Shown piece after piece: positions 52,160 to 64,000 of a stretch of DNA of 64,000 nt (its first letter is position 1; each line of letters opens with the position of its first letter). Source of the stretch: Octopus bimaculoides (lineage: Eukaryota); the NCBI RefSeq assembly GCF_001194135.2, contig NC_068982.1:119128637-119192636 (forward strand). The letters are read 5' to 3'. The translations under genes were made by a program, and so were the position numbers. The notes under the pieces are model-generated. The model made no database searches and had not been told where the DNA came from. It was given only the letters and a program-made list of their open reading frames with translations.

Positions 52160-53189
52160 TATATTCACATATTCTGCTTTTTCCTTTGGTTCTCCTTTAT
52201 TTTTCGTATTGTTGTCCGTTTGTAGTTGGTTTTGATTGTGGCGTCGACGGTCCTCTCATAGTGAATTATTAAAGCATCAAAATTGTTCCTATCATGTCAG
52301 ATCGATTTAGTCTTTCCAGTTTGTATTTGAAAAGATTGTAGTTAAGGAAAATTTAGAACAAGACTTAAACTCCACACTGTACGGGTTTTGGTATGTTTCA
52401 ATTCTTGATGGAAGCGTTTTCATATGGAAAGTCCGGATAATTGATTACAGGTTTCGATTTTCCAGGCTTTATTATTAGCAAGCATTGTAATATCTCAAAG
52501 CATTTGATTTCTCACAGAAGGAAAACTTTGCTAAAGTTGAATGCCATCACAGTTTTATGACTGCGTTGACGTTTTCCGTTGAACTTCTCATCCATTTCCA
52601 CGGTTCTTTACGTTTGTAAGGATTCTGTAATGTATATAGCATATCTTATATAAAGAATATTTTATGAGAAAATTCTTCATCACTTTTTCATAATAATTCG
52701 CTATAGCTATCGTATTACAACAGTTTAGTTTCAGTTAATTTCGTTCAAATTTTGCAGTAATACGAGCTACCATAGCCCACTAACATAATCTGTTTTAAAA
52801 AAAATTATCGTAGAACTGTTTTATTGGTTTTAATTCCTTTTTTTTTTTTTTGTTATTTGTCTTCTCAAGAAAACCAACGTATTCAGTATTGAGTAATTTT
52901 CAAACCTTCCAAACATAATGAAATATACATCTGGTATTACGATAAATAATATATTTTGAATATAATTCGGCGACCGAAAGCTTTTCTCTTTAAATTGTTT
53001 TTTTTTATTTTCCTTCGGACTCCTTTATATTCAATTTCACATTTATCAAAGTACATGTGATAAATGTGTCATATTTTCTTGTGTAATATTATTTACAATT
53101 CTCCTGCAAGTAACGAAATATATTTCATCACCACCACCAACATCACCATCACGACCACGACCACGACCACCATCATCTTCATCATAAGA

Positions 53190-53410
53190 ATGTTGTGGAG
53201 CTGTTAGATAATATACCTTGCGTTAATTCTTTCGGCACTTTACTTTCTCAGTTCAAACCCAACCGTGATCAGGTTTAGTTTTCACCATTTACGGAGGCAT
53301 AAAATGAAGTATAAATATATAGCAGATACCAATGTGACCAACTAAACAACCTCAAACCCCAGAATGTATGGCCTTGCGTCTAAATTAGAAGGAAAAATTA
53401 TTATTAATAT
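53190..53410 (+). mobile_element. SINE family B, highly degenerate
   Basis: CTCAGTTCAAACCC...ATGGCCTTGCGTCTAAATTAGAA...ATTATTATT tail. Confidence 0.5.
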
Positions 53411-53782
53411 CATCATTGTTAGTATTATTAGCCTTGATTTTTAATGTTGTTGTTGCTTTATTTTTCTTTTAACCGTTCCAAGTCTCATCCAGTGGCATCA
53501 AATGAGAGCAAGATAGACGCTTTCCTATGGGTGTTACTTTATAATCCGAAATTATAAATTGAGAGGGAGAGAGACCAGAATCAGAGAACTAAGATTCTGG
53601 TTCATTTGTAACATATGAGTTCTGAAATAGCTTCAAGAGAATCAGCTATTTTCAAATTCACTGCTTTTCGTAAGATGTGCGCAGTTCTGTAGTTCTAATA
53701 TTTTGCTACACCTAACATTTAACCATAGAGTCTAAGAGCATATAGTGTTTAAGAGCATTATTTTCTTATTACTATTACTATT

Positions 53783-53998
53783 AAGGCGGTGAGCTAGCAG
53801 AATCGTTAGCGCGCCGGACGAAATGCTTAGCAGTATCTCTCATCGCTACGTTCTGAGTTCAAATTCCGCCAAGGTTGACTCTACTTTTCATCCTTCTGGG
53901 GTAGATAAAATAAGTACCATTTGAACATTGGGGTCCATGTACTCGACTCATCCCGTCCATCAAAATTGCTGCAGCCGTGGCAAAATTTGAAGCCATTA
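53783..53998 (+). mobile_element. SINE family B, full length
   Basis: AAGGCGGTGAGCTAGCAGAATCGTTAGCGCGCCGGACGAAATGCTTAG...GTTCTGAGTTCAAATTCCGCC. Confidence 0.9.
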
Positions 53999-54074
53999 AT
54001 ATTACTGTTGCTGTTGTTGTTTCATATGCGTACAACAGATTAAACTGTTAGAAAACGATTCCTAATATCGGGCT

Positions 54075-54270
54075 ACAGCATGTAACCATACAGTTCAAGA
54101 ACTCTCCCAGGTATTCTAACTGTCTCTAATAACACTGTTTTTCTGAAGCTGGGCTAAATTAGGTTTTAGGCCTATTTCCTCTGTTCATCTGTTCAAATCT
54201 TTAGGCATAGCTATGAATGTACCTATAACTACAGGGATACATTTTACCCGCACTTATCTCTGCAACTCAA
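54075..54270 (-). mobile_element. R4/Dong-clade extreme C-terminus (third family, R4-C)
   Basis: VKCIPVVIGTF...EEIGLKPNLAQLQKTVLLETVRIPGRVLE. Confidence 0.8.
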
Positions 54271-54309
54271 AACACCCATGAGCAAAAAAACCATGTTTAC
54301 AAAGATGAT

Positions 54310-54530
54310 TTATTCAAACCCCAGAGAATGTGTTTCAGAATCGCATCGACTTTTCGGCTTGCGCGTTTCAGATTGTTACGGTCGAAGGTTCTCAGATTCA
54401 CCGGATTGGTCTCTCTCCTTGTAATTATCATATTCTCGACTCTTATTCTGATATTTCTCTGTTCCTCTGTCATATCTTCTCGTAATACATGGTTTTCTAC
54501 GTTATATTGATTGCCCAGCGTTTCCTATGC
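54310..54530 (-). mobile_element. Probable R4/Dong N-terminal ORF segment
   Basis: Open frame ...MTEEQRNIRIRVENMI...NLRTFDRNNLKRASRKVDAILKHI resembles the R4-clade pre-RT region. Confidence 0.5.
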
Positions 54531-54654
54531 TACAACATCACCTTGCCTACGCATTCGCTGATCTTCACCTACATTATTTTACACGAGGTTATCACCAGTA
54601 CGGAGGTTGTTCCTGATTGTGTGAACCTGGGCCTCAAATATTATTATATGGAAA

Positions 54655-54915
54655 CTCACAGATTTTTTCGCTGGGTATGATGGAAAGTGTCAGCTGTCCA
54701 TAGCCAACAAACTAAGGTACCACTTGTTAACTGGTCATGTTTCAAAAACCCTGCGAAGAATTATTTCAGTTCTTGTTGGTATTCTACCTTCACACTTGCA
54801 CCGATCTTCTTCAGCCATGTTGGTAGTTGAGTGCTGATACTTTAAAGTGGACCAATTACTATTGGTATCACGTCTACCCTCATCATTGACCACAACCTTC
54901 GTATTTCCTCTACTA
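54655..54915 (-). mobile_element. R4-A 3' end, second copy
   Basis: Nucleotide match to 18757-19019 (GAAATACGAAGGTTGTGGTCAA...CCAACATGGCTGAA.AAGATCGGTGCAAG...GGACAGCTGACACTT.CCATCATA). Confidence 0.9.
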
Positions 54916-55187
54916 TCTTCAATGACCACAACCATGGTATTTATTATCTTTATTATTGATATGTATATTCTTTTCAGTGGAACACACTGAATACTCACCC
55001 AATGAATTCCATAGTGTTTTACCAATAGATAAAGTCATTTCCAGCATACATACATGTCCATTTATATCTATGAATGCATATAAATGTGCATACATAAACA
55101 ATATCTAAATACCATTTCACTACCCCTCGGTCTCTCTTTATCTATCTCTCTTCTTTCTCTCTTCCTCTCAATCTCTGTCTGTTTTCG

Positions 55188-55251
<64 letters not shown>

Positions 55252-56160
55252 TTGTCTGTCTATATATCTAACCGCATCTACACCTGTCTGTCTACCTGTC
55301 TGTCTACCTGTCTCTGAAATACAACGCATATGTAAATGTAACGTACATTAAGTGAAAGGAAATTCTGGAATATTTGAAAGTCAAAATATAAGACAAAACA
55401 TATATATATATATTTGCAAGTCAGAAACATAACTTAAGTAAAATGAAAGGTGTAATATACCAAATATATTTTTCTATTAAAACTGCATGCTATTTTTTTC
55501 TTTCTAAAAAGTAAAACATCATTTATCTCGATAATTGGAATTTTCTATTGCTGTTTTTGCTAAGTCTAGCTCACATTTGCTACTTCGAAACGGTTGCCAA
55601 TCCATTGTAGAAGCGACTGTCTTACTTACTTGCAAGCCAACAAGAGATAGCAACTACCAATTCCTTAAATTGAACGATGTCGTGTGAATAAAGTATTTTG
55701 AATAACCTAGTCGTATACAATTTATGTCAGGATAAAAAATAACGGGATGATCAGTCTGAGAATCGTTTGATCTAGTGTTAGACGACATGAACAAGCTTGA
55801 TGTTGTTTACAAAAGTTCTAGGTTATTTCAGTCAAAAGCACCAATACACAATGACTACGAATATACATGAAGCGATCTGAATTGATCTTTCAAATATGTT
55901 TTGGGGTGGCTACTTTGAACAAAGAAATAGAAGCATTACAAAACATCAAATATAATGTCTATTTCAAATGAAGCTTTAGAAAGAAATATAAAGCTGATCT
56001 TGAACAAAACAAGGACTACTCACAAGAAACTACTGACATCTCAATATTTTGAACTTGCAATAAATGTTAACCGTTATATTCACTGCCCATCTTTCCTGGT
56101 GAAAGTGTATGACTCCTCTTGTGTATATCATCTTCATCATCGAATTATGCAAGCATTATA

Positions 56161-57432
56161 TTAGGCTGAGTAAAAATTAAGCAACGTTTTGAAACATGAA
56201 ATTCATCACAATATATTTCAACAGTGCGGAAGTTGTATTCATCAAATTAAGTATCATTACAATCAGCATGTTTTTCCAACGAGTTACAAGTTTGTTTATT
56301 CCGGTAACATAAAAATCTGGAGTTCTGGAGCTGATGAACTCTTTGAATGCACTTTCAGCATCGGTTTGAGTTTTGAACTCCTTCTCTCACAGGAAACCCT
56401 CAAGGTGCTCGAAAAAGTGGTTGTCGGTATCAGAAAGGTCTGGGGGAGTTGATGGGTGGTGAAGAACTACGTAGTCAAGTGCCCTCAGCGCCTGGATCGT
56501 CATCAGTGAAACGTGTGGTCGAGCATTGTCATTAAGTATGACTCACCAGTCTGGGACATGGAAGCAGCAGTTTTTCGTTCATTATGATAATTTCCATGGC
56601 AATATGTTTCTTCTGCAGTAATGGTTTCGAAGTTTTAAGAAGTTATAATGGTTGAGTCCAGCAGTACACCACCAAACAGTCACCATAACCATATTTTTAA
56701 AGAGCTCGAGATTAGGAAGGTTTTCGGTGCTTCGTTTTGGTCCAACCACTACGAAGAACGTTTTTTATTATTCGACAGAATCCACTTTTCATTGCAAGTT
56801 ACAATACGGTCGAGAAATGTATCGGTCTGATTACGGAGAAGCGATGAACAAATTTCATATCAGCGCATTTTCTGATTTTCATTCAAATCGTGTAGTACCG
56901 ATTTCTTGAGCTTTATTTTTACTTTTCCGATCGCATGCAAATGGTTTCAGGCAGTTTTCTGGCAAAGTTGAAGTTCGTTTGTCAGTTCTCGTGTGGTTTT
57001 ACGTGGATCTTTCTGAATGACGGCCTTTAATTCACCGTCATCGATGGCAGATGGGCGTCCACTACGCCCACGATCTTCAAGTCTCAGGTCTCCACTGCGA
57101 AATCGTTTAAATGATTTTCGAGCTGACCACTCACTGAGCGTTTACTCAATAAACGTTTCGTTGATATCGCGAGCAGTTTCAGCTGCTTTAGTCCCTTTTT
57201 TGAAGTTGAACAGCAAAATTGCTTATATATCGCGCTTTGGCAGGTTCATTTCAGATGATTGTAACAACGGTAAAAAAAAACAAAGGAATCAATACTAATT
57301 TATTGATGCATTTGGACAAGTCTATGTCTGTATTATCGGACATTTTTTTTAATGTTTTAAAAAGAATCAAAACTGCAAAAATCCGGTACTAACATTGCTT
57401 CAAAACATTGCTTATATTTTTACTCACCCTGA
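56161..57432 (-). mobile_element. Full-length mariner (Tc1/mariner) DNA transposon, inactive
   Basis: 1272 bp; imperfect TIRs TTAGGCTGAGTAAAAATTAAGCAACGTTTTGAA and (reverse complement) TCAGGGTGAGTAAAAATATAAGCAATGTTTTGAA; TA on both flanks (56159-60, 57433-34). Confidence 0.92.
56238..57249 (-). pseudogene. Mariner transposase pseudogene
   Basis: MNLPKRDI...FNFKKGTKAAETARDINE...FKRFRSGDLRLEDRGRSGRPS; SVLHDL (WVPHEL); RIVTCNEKW; NDNARPH; PPDLSDTDNHFF; GINKLVTRW; multiple stops and frameshifts. Confidence 0.9.
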
Positions 57433-58021
57433 TATATTTACAGGAATATCTGTGTTATTTTGAATCTTTGTAGCAGCATCATACATTCACTGTCAATCTT
57501 ACTACAGTGTTGTTTTACCACAGACGGATCCATAATTAGAGACTGAAATTTGGTAAACGAAGACGGTGCAAAAGCCTGACATATAAATATACAAATACAT
57601 TGTGGGTGTGGTCATTTTCGTCACTGTATAGTAGCTCTAAGCCTATAAGCATGATAAACAGAAGCATTTAAACAGTCATACTGATCAGATTTCACAGGAA
57701 GCCATTTCAGAAAATTTGTTGATCAATCAACAGAACTTATTTTCATTCAGTATACTTTTTATTCATCTGAAAGGTAGTACGATTTTCTCATCTTTCAGCT
57801 AAAGTATCTCCATCTCCCATAAATCATAACCTACTATGTAAGGCTACTACTGCTAGAAAATGTTGTGCTATGTATATTATGGCTGGAAAAACAATAATCG
57901 CTACAACGTGATTGCCTTTGATTATTGGCCTCCTCGATCACACTTTCATGTTATCGAGATACGCGCTTGTAAGAAGTTGTTGTTCTAGGCATTATCTTTG
58001 CTTATAATGCCTTCTACTTAC

Positions 58022-58101
58022 ATTTATATTAGATAGTTTGCTATTCGAGCTTTTACTGACTCCGATTCGTGTTATAGAACATGTATAATTTCTACCAATC
58101 T
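58022..58101 (-). other. Candidate 80-nt exon (phase 1 to 0)
   Basis: TTCATATTTACAG acceptor, GTAAGT donor, open frame (E)IGRNYTCSITRIGVSKSSNSKLSNIN. Confidence 0.25.
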
Positions 58102-58439
58102 CTGTAAATATGAAGATGCTGAAGAAATTGGTCATAATATACATTGTAGAGCCGGTATCGTGCCCTTCTTGCAAATTGTTGTCAACAATATCTCAGATTA
58201 CAAGTACATATGTTGAAAAGGCTACGTTTCGAAATACTTCCTAACACACTCAACATATGCAACTTTCATCTCATATATGAATGCATCAGAGCCAAATTAC
58301 TAAATTGCAAAAGTTCCTATAAATCGAACAAAAATATACGTTTCAACATGTAAGAATATTACAATATCTGTCACGTATGACATTATAATAAACCAGCTTC
58401 AGACGCATATTCAATGCACCTATACGATGAACACATAAA

Positions 58440-58490
58440 TAGACACACACGCACACACACACACACACACACACATACACACACACACTC

Positions 58491-58522
<32 letters not shown>

Positions 58523-58572
58523 ACGCACACGTACATTCACACACATACACCCCTTTACACACACACACACTC

Positions 58573-58606
<34 letters not shown>

Positions 58607-58680
58607 ACACATACACACACATACATTCACACACACATACACCCCTTTACACACACAAACACACACACACGCACATGCCC
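58440..58680. repeat. Compound (CA)n/(CT)n array with a duplicated higher-order unit
   Basis: ACATTCACACACA...TACACCCCTTTACACACAC occurs twice. Confidence 0.85.
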
Positions 58681-58932
58681 TCATGAATTATTTACTTTAG
58701 ATTGCAATTTTAATACTTCTCTCGTTATTTCCTTTTCTCTGTCCCTTAAAATTTATGATGGCGGACTTAATAAAATAAGCTATTTTTTTCTGATAAATTC
58801 CGCTGGGTGCTACACTAGTTACACTCTAGTTCACCTCTCCCACTTAACCTCTTCATCTTAACCTTCCGTCTTCGTTTTCTTTGTCTTCTTCACCATTGTG
58901 ATAATCATCACTTTCAGCCACAGCAACAGTGT

Positions 58933-58982
<50 letters not shown>

Positions 58983-58985
58983 GCA

Positions 58986-59051
<66 letters not shown>

Positions 59052-59070
59052 GCTGCTGCTGCTGTTGCTG

Positions 59071-59125
<55 letters not shown>
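58933..59125. repeat. Long (CTA)n array with a (CTG)n interruption
   Basis: Direct; source of the poly-Thr and poly-Tyr ORFs. Confidence 0.97.
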
Positions 59126-59127
<2 letters not shown>

Positions 59128-59812
59128 ACTACTTCATATTCTTCTCAGTCTTCCTAACTTGTCAGTAACGGTGACAGACTCGCAGCAAATCACGTTACAT
59201 ATACGACGAGCATGAACATATTCTATCACTGTGCCATTGAAAGTATTATTTAGAATAACTGCTGCTCGCATATTGCGGCCAGTGAGTGTTTCCTCTTCAT
59301 GTTCTGCAGCCTAAATAACTCAGGTAATTTGTGGTAAAATGCTTTTGCTCATTTATGTGCTGTGTTCAAATTCTAAAAAGGTCACATTCTTTCCCATTGA
59401 GGTAGGGCTTTATGATGCTACTACAACAAATGTAAAAGTGTGATTAATTCAAGAGTCCATATTTATCCCATATAATTGTGGTGGTGGGGACCGATGATGC
59501 AATTTATGAAATCAACAGTAAGATATTCTGATGAATGTTTAGTAATATATAACTGTAACATTATTTATAACTTTACTTTTTACTGTATTAATATTAATTT
59601 TAATAACAATAACAAGTATAACAATAATGAAATGACGATGATGAGAAACGTATGTGTTTGCAAAAGAATAGGGTTGTCGTTAAGGATTTCAGTCGGACAC
59701 AAGACTTAAAATATTTGCATTCCTTTCTCACAAGATAAATAACGATGTCGACGACATCAACAATAAAGTCAGCTACATCAATGATATAAGAATAACAATA
59801 ACAATGATGATA

Positions 59813-59843
<31 letters not shown>

Positions 59844-60510
59844 GCAACAACAAAAGTAAAATCAACAATAATGAAACAATATCTGCAATGTCTAACAGCA
59901 TTCACCTTGTCACTGCCATTTTCTTTTATAAGCATCGCCATATATTTTTCTTTAAATACAATAAATGACAAAGAGGAAATAAAAATATAAACAATAAGAC
60001 ATACTAAAATGCCAGTGTCATAGAAAAAAGAAAAAGAATAAAATAAAACTTTGGAAACGGTGAAGCATTACAGAGGTTTTAAGGAATAAAGTAAAGAAAA
60101 AAAACTGAGTTGAGAATTAAATTTAAAGAAGAGAGAGAAAAAATGAAACATGTAAAGAATAAAGGAAGAATACATAGCGAATTAGAAAAAATGTAATAGA
60201 ACGAAGCGATGGAATATAAAAAGTGAAACGTAAAATTCGGAGAAATGGGAGGCTGGAAAGGAAATAGATTGAAGTAAAGATATTTGAAAACAAGAAAGAA
60301 ATTTGAACTCAATGGAGAGAAGATCATTGTGAGAAATAAAGAACCATAGTATGGTAGCAGAAAAAAATATTACGAGTCAATCAGACATACACAGATGCAC
60401 ACAGACATACGCGTACATATGCAAGCGTATGCTGACATGCGCAAACAAAGGCACCCTCATAAATATGTGTACATATATGTGTGTATGTATATACGTATGA
60501 AAAAAGATAT

Positions 60511-60620
<110 letters not shown>

Positions 60621-61503
60621 CTATGTATATTAGTGTATATATAACTATGTATATAACTATGTATATTAGTATATTAAGCGCGTCGGTGTATCGAGGCAGA
60701 CGGAGAGGCTAAGGAAGAATGAAGCCAGGTAGAGAGGAACATGCGCATGTATTTTATATAAATGCACAAAATTTAATGTTGTTTATATTTTGAAAACCTT
60801 AATCTTTACACATTATAATTTATTTTTATTTATGAGTTATTTTGCATTAAATAAATATATACATTGAATCATGATGGGATATGTTACTATATAAGATGCT
60901 GTTGAAAGATGCTAACTTTATAGGCTTAAAAATAACACATAAATGGAAAACTTAAAGAAAAGGAAAAAAAAGATGAAATAAAAATATCGTAGACAAAATC
61001 AATGAAATAATAAAATGCAAAGTAAATTCACAGAAATGGAAATGAAAGGAAATAGACTAAAAAGTAAATTGAAAACAAAGATATCTGAATTTGACAGAAA
61101 CTTTAAAAGAGAGAAGGTCAATACAAAAAAAAAAAAAGATCTCCAAATAAATATATCAAAAGAAAACACTTGGAGACATACATTTTCAGACGTAAGTATC
61201 TAGTTGTGTACATATATTTTAAAAGTAAAATGTAAATGGGTCTCCGTCGGTTTCGTTACATGTATTCCAGTTGTTCAATTAACTGAATTGCTATATGAGT
61301 AATGAATTTATATGGGCATATATACTCAATGACATTTTTCTACTAACCTACTTGATACCAAAATATATTTTAGGATGTGACGATATTTGTATAACTATAT
61401 CATTCTAAAATATCTATTTTAACTGAGTTTTTAGATGTTGCTTCCCAACCACATAGCTCAGTGTTCAGCCTGAAATATTCGTAATAGGAGATACATTTTC
61501 TAT

Positions 61504-61921
61504 TCTCTTTTACTCTTTTACTCTTTTACTTGTTTCAGTCAGTTGACTGTGGCCATGCTGGAGCACCGCCTTTAGTCGAGCAAATCGACCCCAGGACTTA
61601 TTCTTTAGAAGCCTAATACTTATTCTATCGGTCTCTATTGCCGAACCGCTAAGTTACGGGAACGTAAGCATATCAACATCGGTTGTCAAGCGATGTTGGG
61701 GGGACAAACACAGACACACAAACACATACACACATACATATATATATATACATATATACGACGGGCTTCTTTCAGTTTCCGTCTACCAAATCCACACACA
61801 AGGCTTTGGTCGGCCCGAGGCTATAGTAGAAGACACTTGCCCAAGATGCCACGCAGTGGGACTGAACCCGGGACCATGTGGTTGGTAAGCAAGCTACTTA
61901 CCACACAGCCACTCCTACGCC
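61504..61921 (-). mobile_element. SINE family A, full length
   Basis: Close match to 51748-52159 along its whole length. Confidence 0.93.
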
Positions 61922-63014
61922 TACATATAAAATTTATAAAGTCCTATTCGCAAGTGAAATATGTGTAATGGTGAATAAATAATACCAACAATTTTCCAGT
62001 CTACTCTTTTGATATCATAACTCTGAAGAAAATATTTTCCAGCATTTTGAATTTTTATGCATACCTCACAGAAATATTACATCTACATACAAACTTGGAT
62101 ACTGAAATAGGCAGATATAATTGAAGAGAAAAGAGCTTGCAATTATTTTAACCCGACTTATATATAAAAATATATGTACACCACCCCGACTCCCACACAC
62201 AGGATTTAGTCTTTCTCATTTGCAAAATGATCCCCGCTTAATTTTGCCCAGATTGCTTTCAATTTTGGTGTGTCGATACAACTCTGAATTTTGATTACGG
62301 TCAACCAATTACTTTATCTCGTAAATGAAATAATTTGATGTCATTTGGGTTCCCTGTTGTCTGTGCCGCTGATGTCTATGTTGTCTTTCCACGCTTGATT
62401 CTTCATACCACGAGATTCTTTTTACCCGCGTGCTTTATTTTAATTTTTCTGTGTTAGTATATTAGATTTTTCGTTTTCATTCTTTGTTTTTTTCTGAGTG
62501 TAAGTAATTTTACATGTTTTTCATTTCATTTATTTTAGGGATTCATTGACTCAGATAGCTGGATTTATGATTTCATTAGGTTAATTCTCTTCATAAAAAT
62601 TTTAATTAAGAGCATTTCTTAAACCGTTAGCTTCACATTTCAACAGCTTAACTGAGATTTATCCCACGTAACAGGAACTGAGAGGGATATCGTGGAACAG
62701 AGAAACTGTGGGTCATACAGATAATTTTACAGTATTTCTAAATTCTACATGCAAAAGCATATAAGATACAGGTATTCTTTTCCTTGGGACAAATTCTTTG
62801 TTGACCAGTGTTATTCTTATCGTAGTTTACAAATCGAAGCATGAAAACGTTACTCAACGTTGGAGCTTTGGAGCCAGACGTCCCCTTTTCACACACACAG
62901 CAGTGTGGCAGCAGTCGGATGACTGAAACCAATAAAATAAAAAAGATATATTGAAAGATAAACAGGCTAATTCATATGTCAAGAATCAACGCAAACAAAG
63001 CATTGGAATGAGTG

Positions 63015-63094
63015 GCAGTTTCAGCTAAATGCAGTTTCAGCTAAATGCAGTTTCAGCTAAATGCAGTTTCAGCTAAATGCAGTTTCAGCTAAAT
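63015..63094. repeat. Perfect 16-bp minisatellite GCAGTTTCAGCTAAAT x5
   Basis: Five identical consecutive units. Confidence 0.97.
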
Positions 63095-63424
63095 AAATTT
63101 GGAATGAATTTCGGAAAACTCGATATCATTCTAACATCTTAGACCGACTCGAGATTAAGGTAAAGGAGACTTACAGAAACCGACGAAATGAAACCAAAAA
63201 ACAATTAGTTAAACACGAAACTATGGGAGTGCGAATACACAACGTGGATGTCTTTTTATCAGTTCATCCTTTTCTCTATCTTTCTCACTTCTCTGCTATC
63301 CATGTACACACGCACACGCACAGACACAGACACACACACTCACATATAGAGAAGCAGACAGACAGACAAATAGAAAGATAGATAGGTAGATAGATAAGTA
63401 GGCAGCCAGACAGATAGATTGATG

Positions 63425-63514
<90 letters not shown>

Positions 63515-64000
63515 GTGACCAAATGGTTAGGTGATTCGCATCTCAACGATGAGGCTCCGGGTCATTCTCCATTTTTAGGGTCAACCTATGCATTATGACA
63601 AAATGCGGGTTCAAAGATAAAGGACTGAAGCGCGTCGGGTACATTATACGGGCAGTTATTAAATTACAGCGTAGTTAGATGTTCCGCAACCGTAATATGG
63701 TTCATAAAAAAAAAAGGACGTATAATGCTCATCCACTTGCGTGACGTATCGGAAGGTAGTTCAATTGTTTGAATGAGAGAGGTCTTATGAAGGACGAAGA
63801 TCATCCTCCAGCACCCAAAAATACACACCTTTATACGTATATGTATTTTGTGTGCGCGTACGCTTGCGATGCGTGTATATGTATTGTATATACGCACACA
63901 TATATATAACTATATACCTATATGTGTATATATATATCTATATTTCTATCTATTTATATATCTATACACGCACACATAAATACATATATATATACATATA

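Noticed and set aside
58898-59215. Poly-Tyr/poly-Thr ORFs
   Set aside because: Pure (CTA)n microsatellite.

Overview
Repeat-rich, AT-rich animal genomic DNA with 13 N-gaps (about 4.6 kb), most bordered by (TA)n, and dense microsatellites. The SINE repertoire and composition suggest an octopod cephalopod (inference from recalled repeat families, no database search). No host gene can be established: only a few isolated candidate exons, and nearly all tracked ORFs are microsatellite, gap or antisense artefacts. The window contains four families of tRNA-derived SINE (two copies with perfect TSDs), four R4/Dong-type RLE LINE fragments, RTE and L1/Tx1 LINE fragments, a Penelope-like element with a GIY-YIG endonuclease, a full-length dead mariner with TIRs and TA TSD, and two fold-back MITEs. 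The most notable unannotated signal is a set of hammerhead-ribozyme motifs. One is near-canonical (6466-6524) and several are variants; one of the variants lies at the 3' end of the Penelope-like element. Together they suggest a Penelope/retrozyme-like self-cleaving RNA system.
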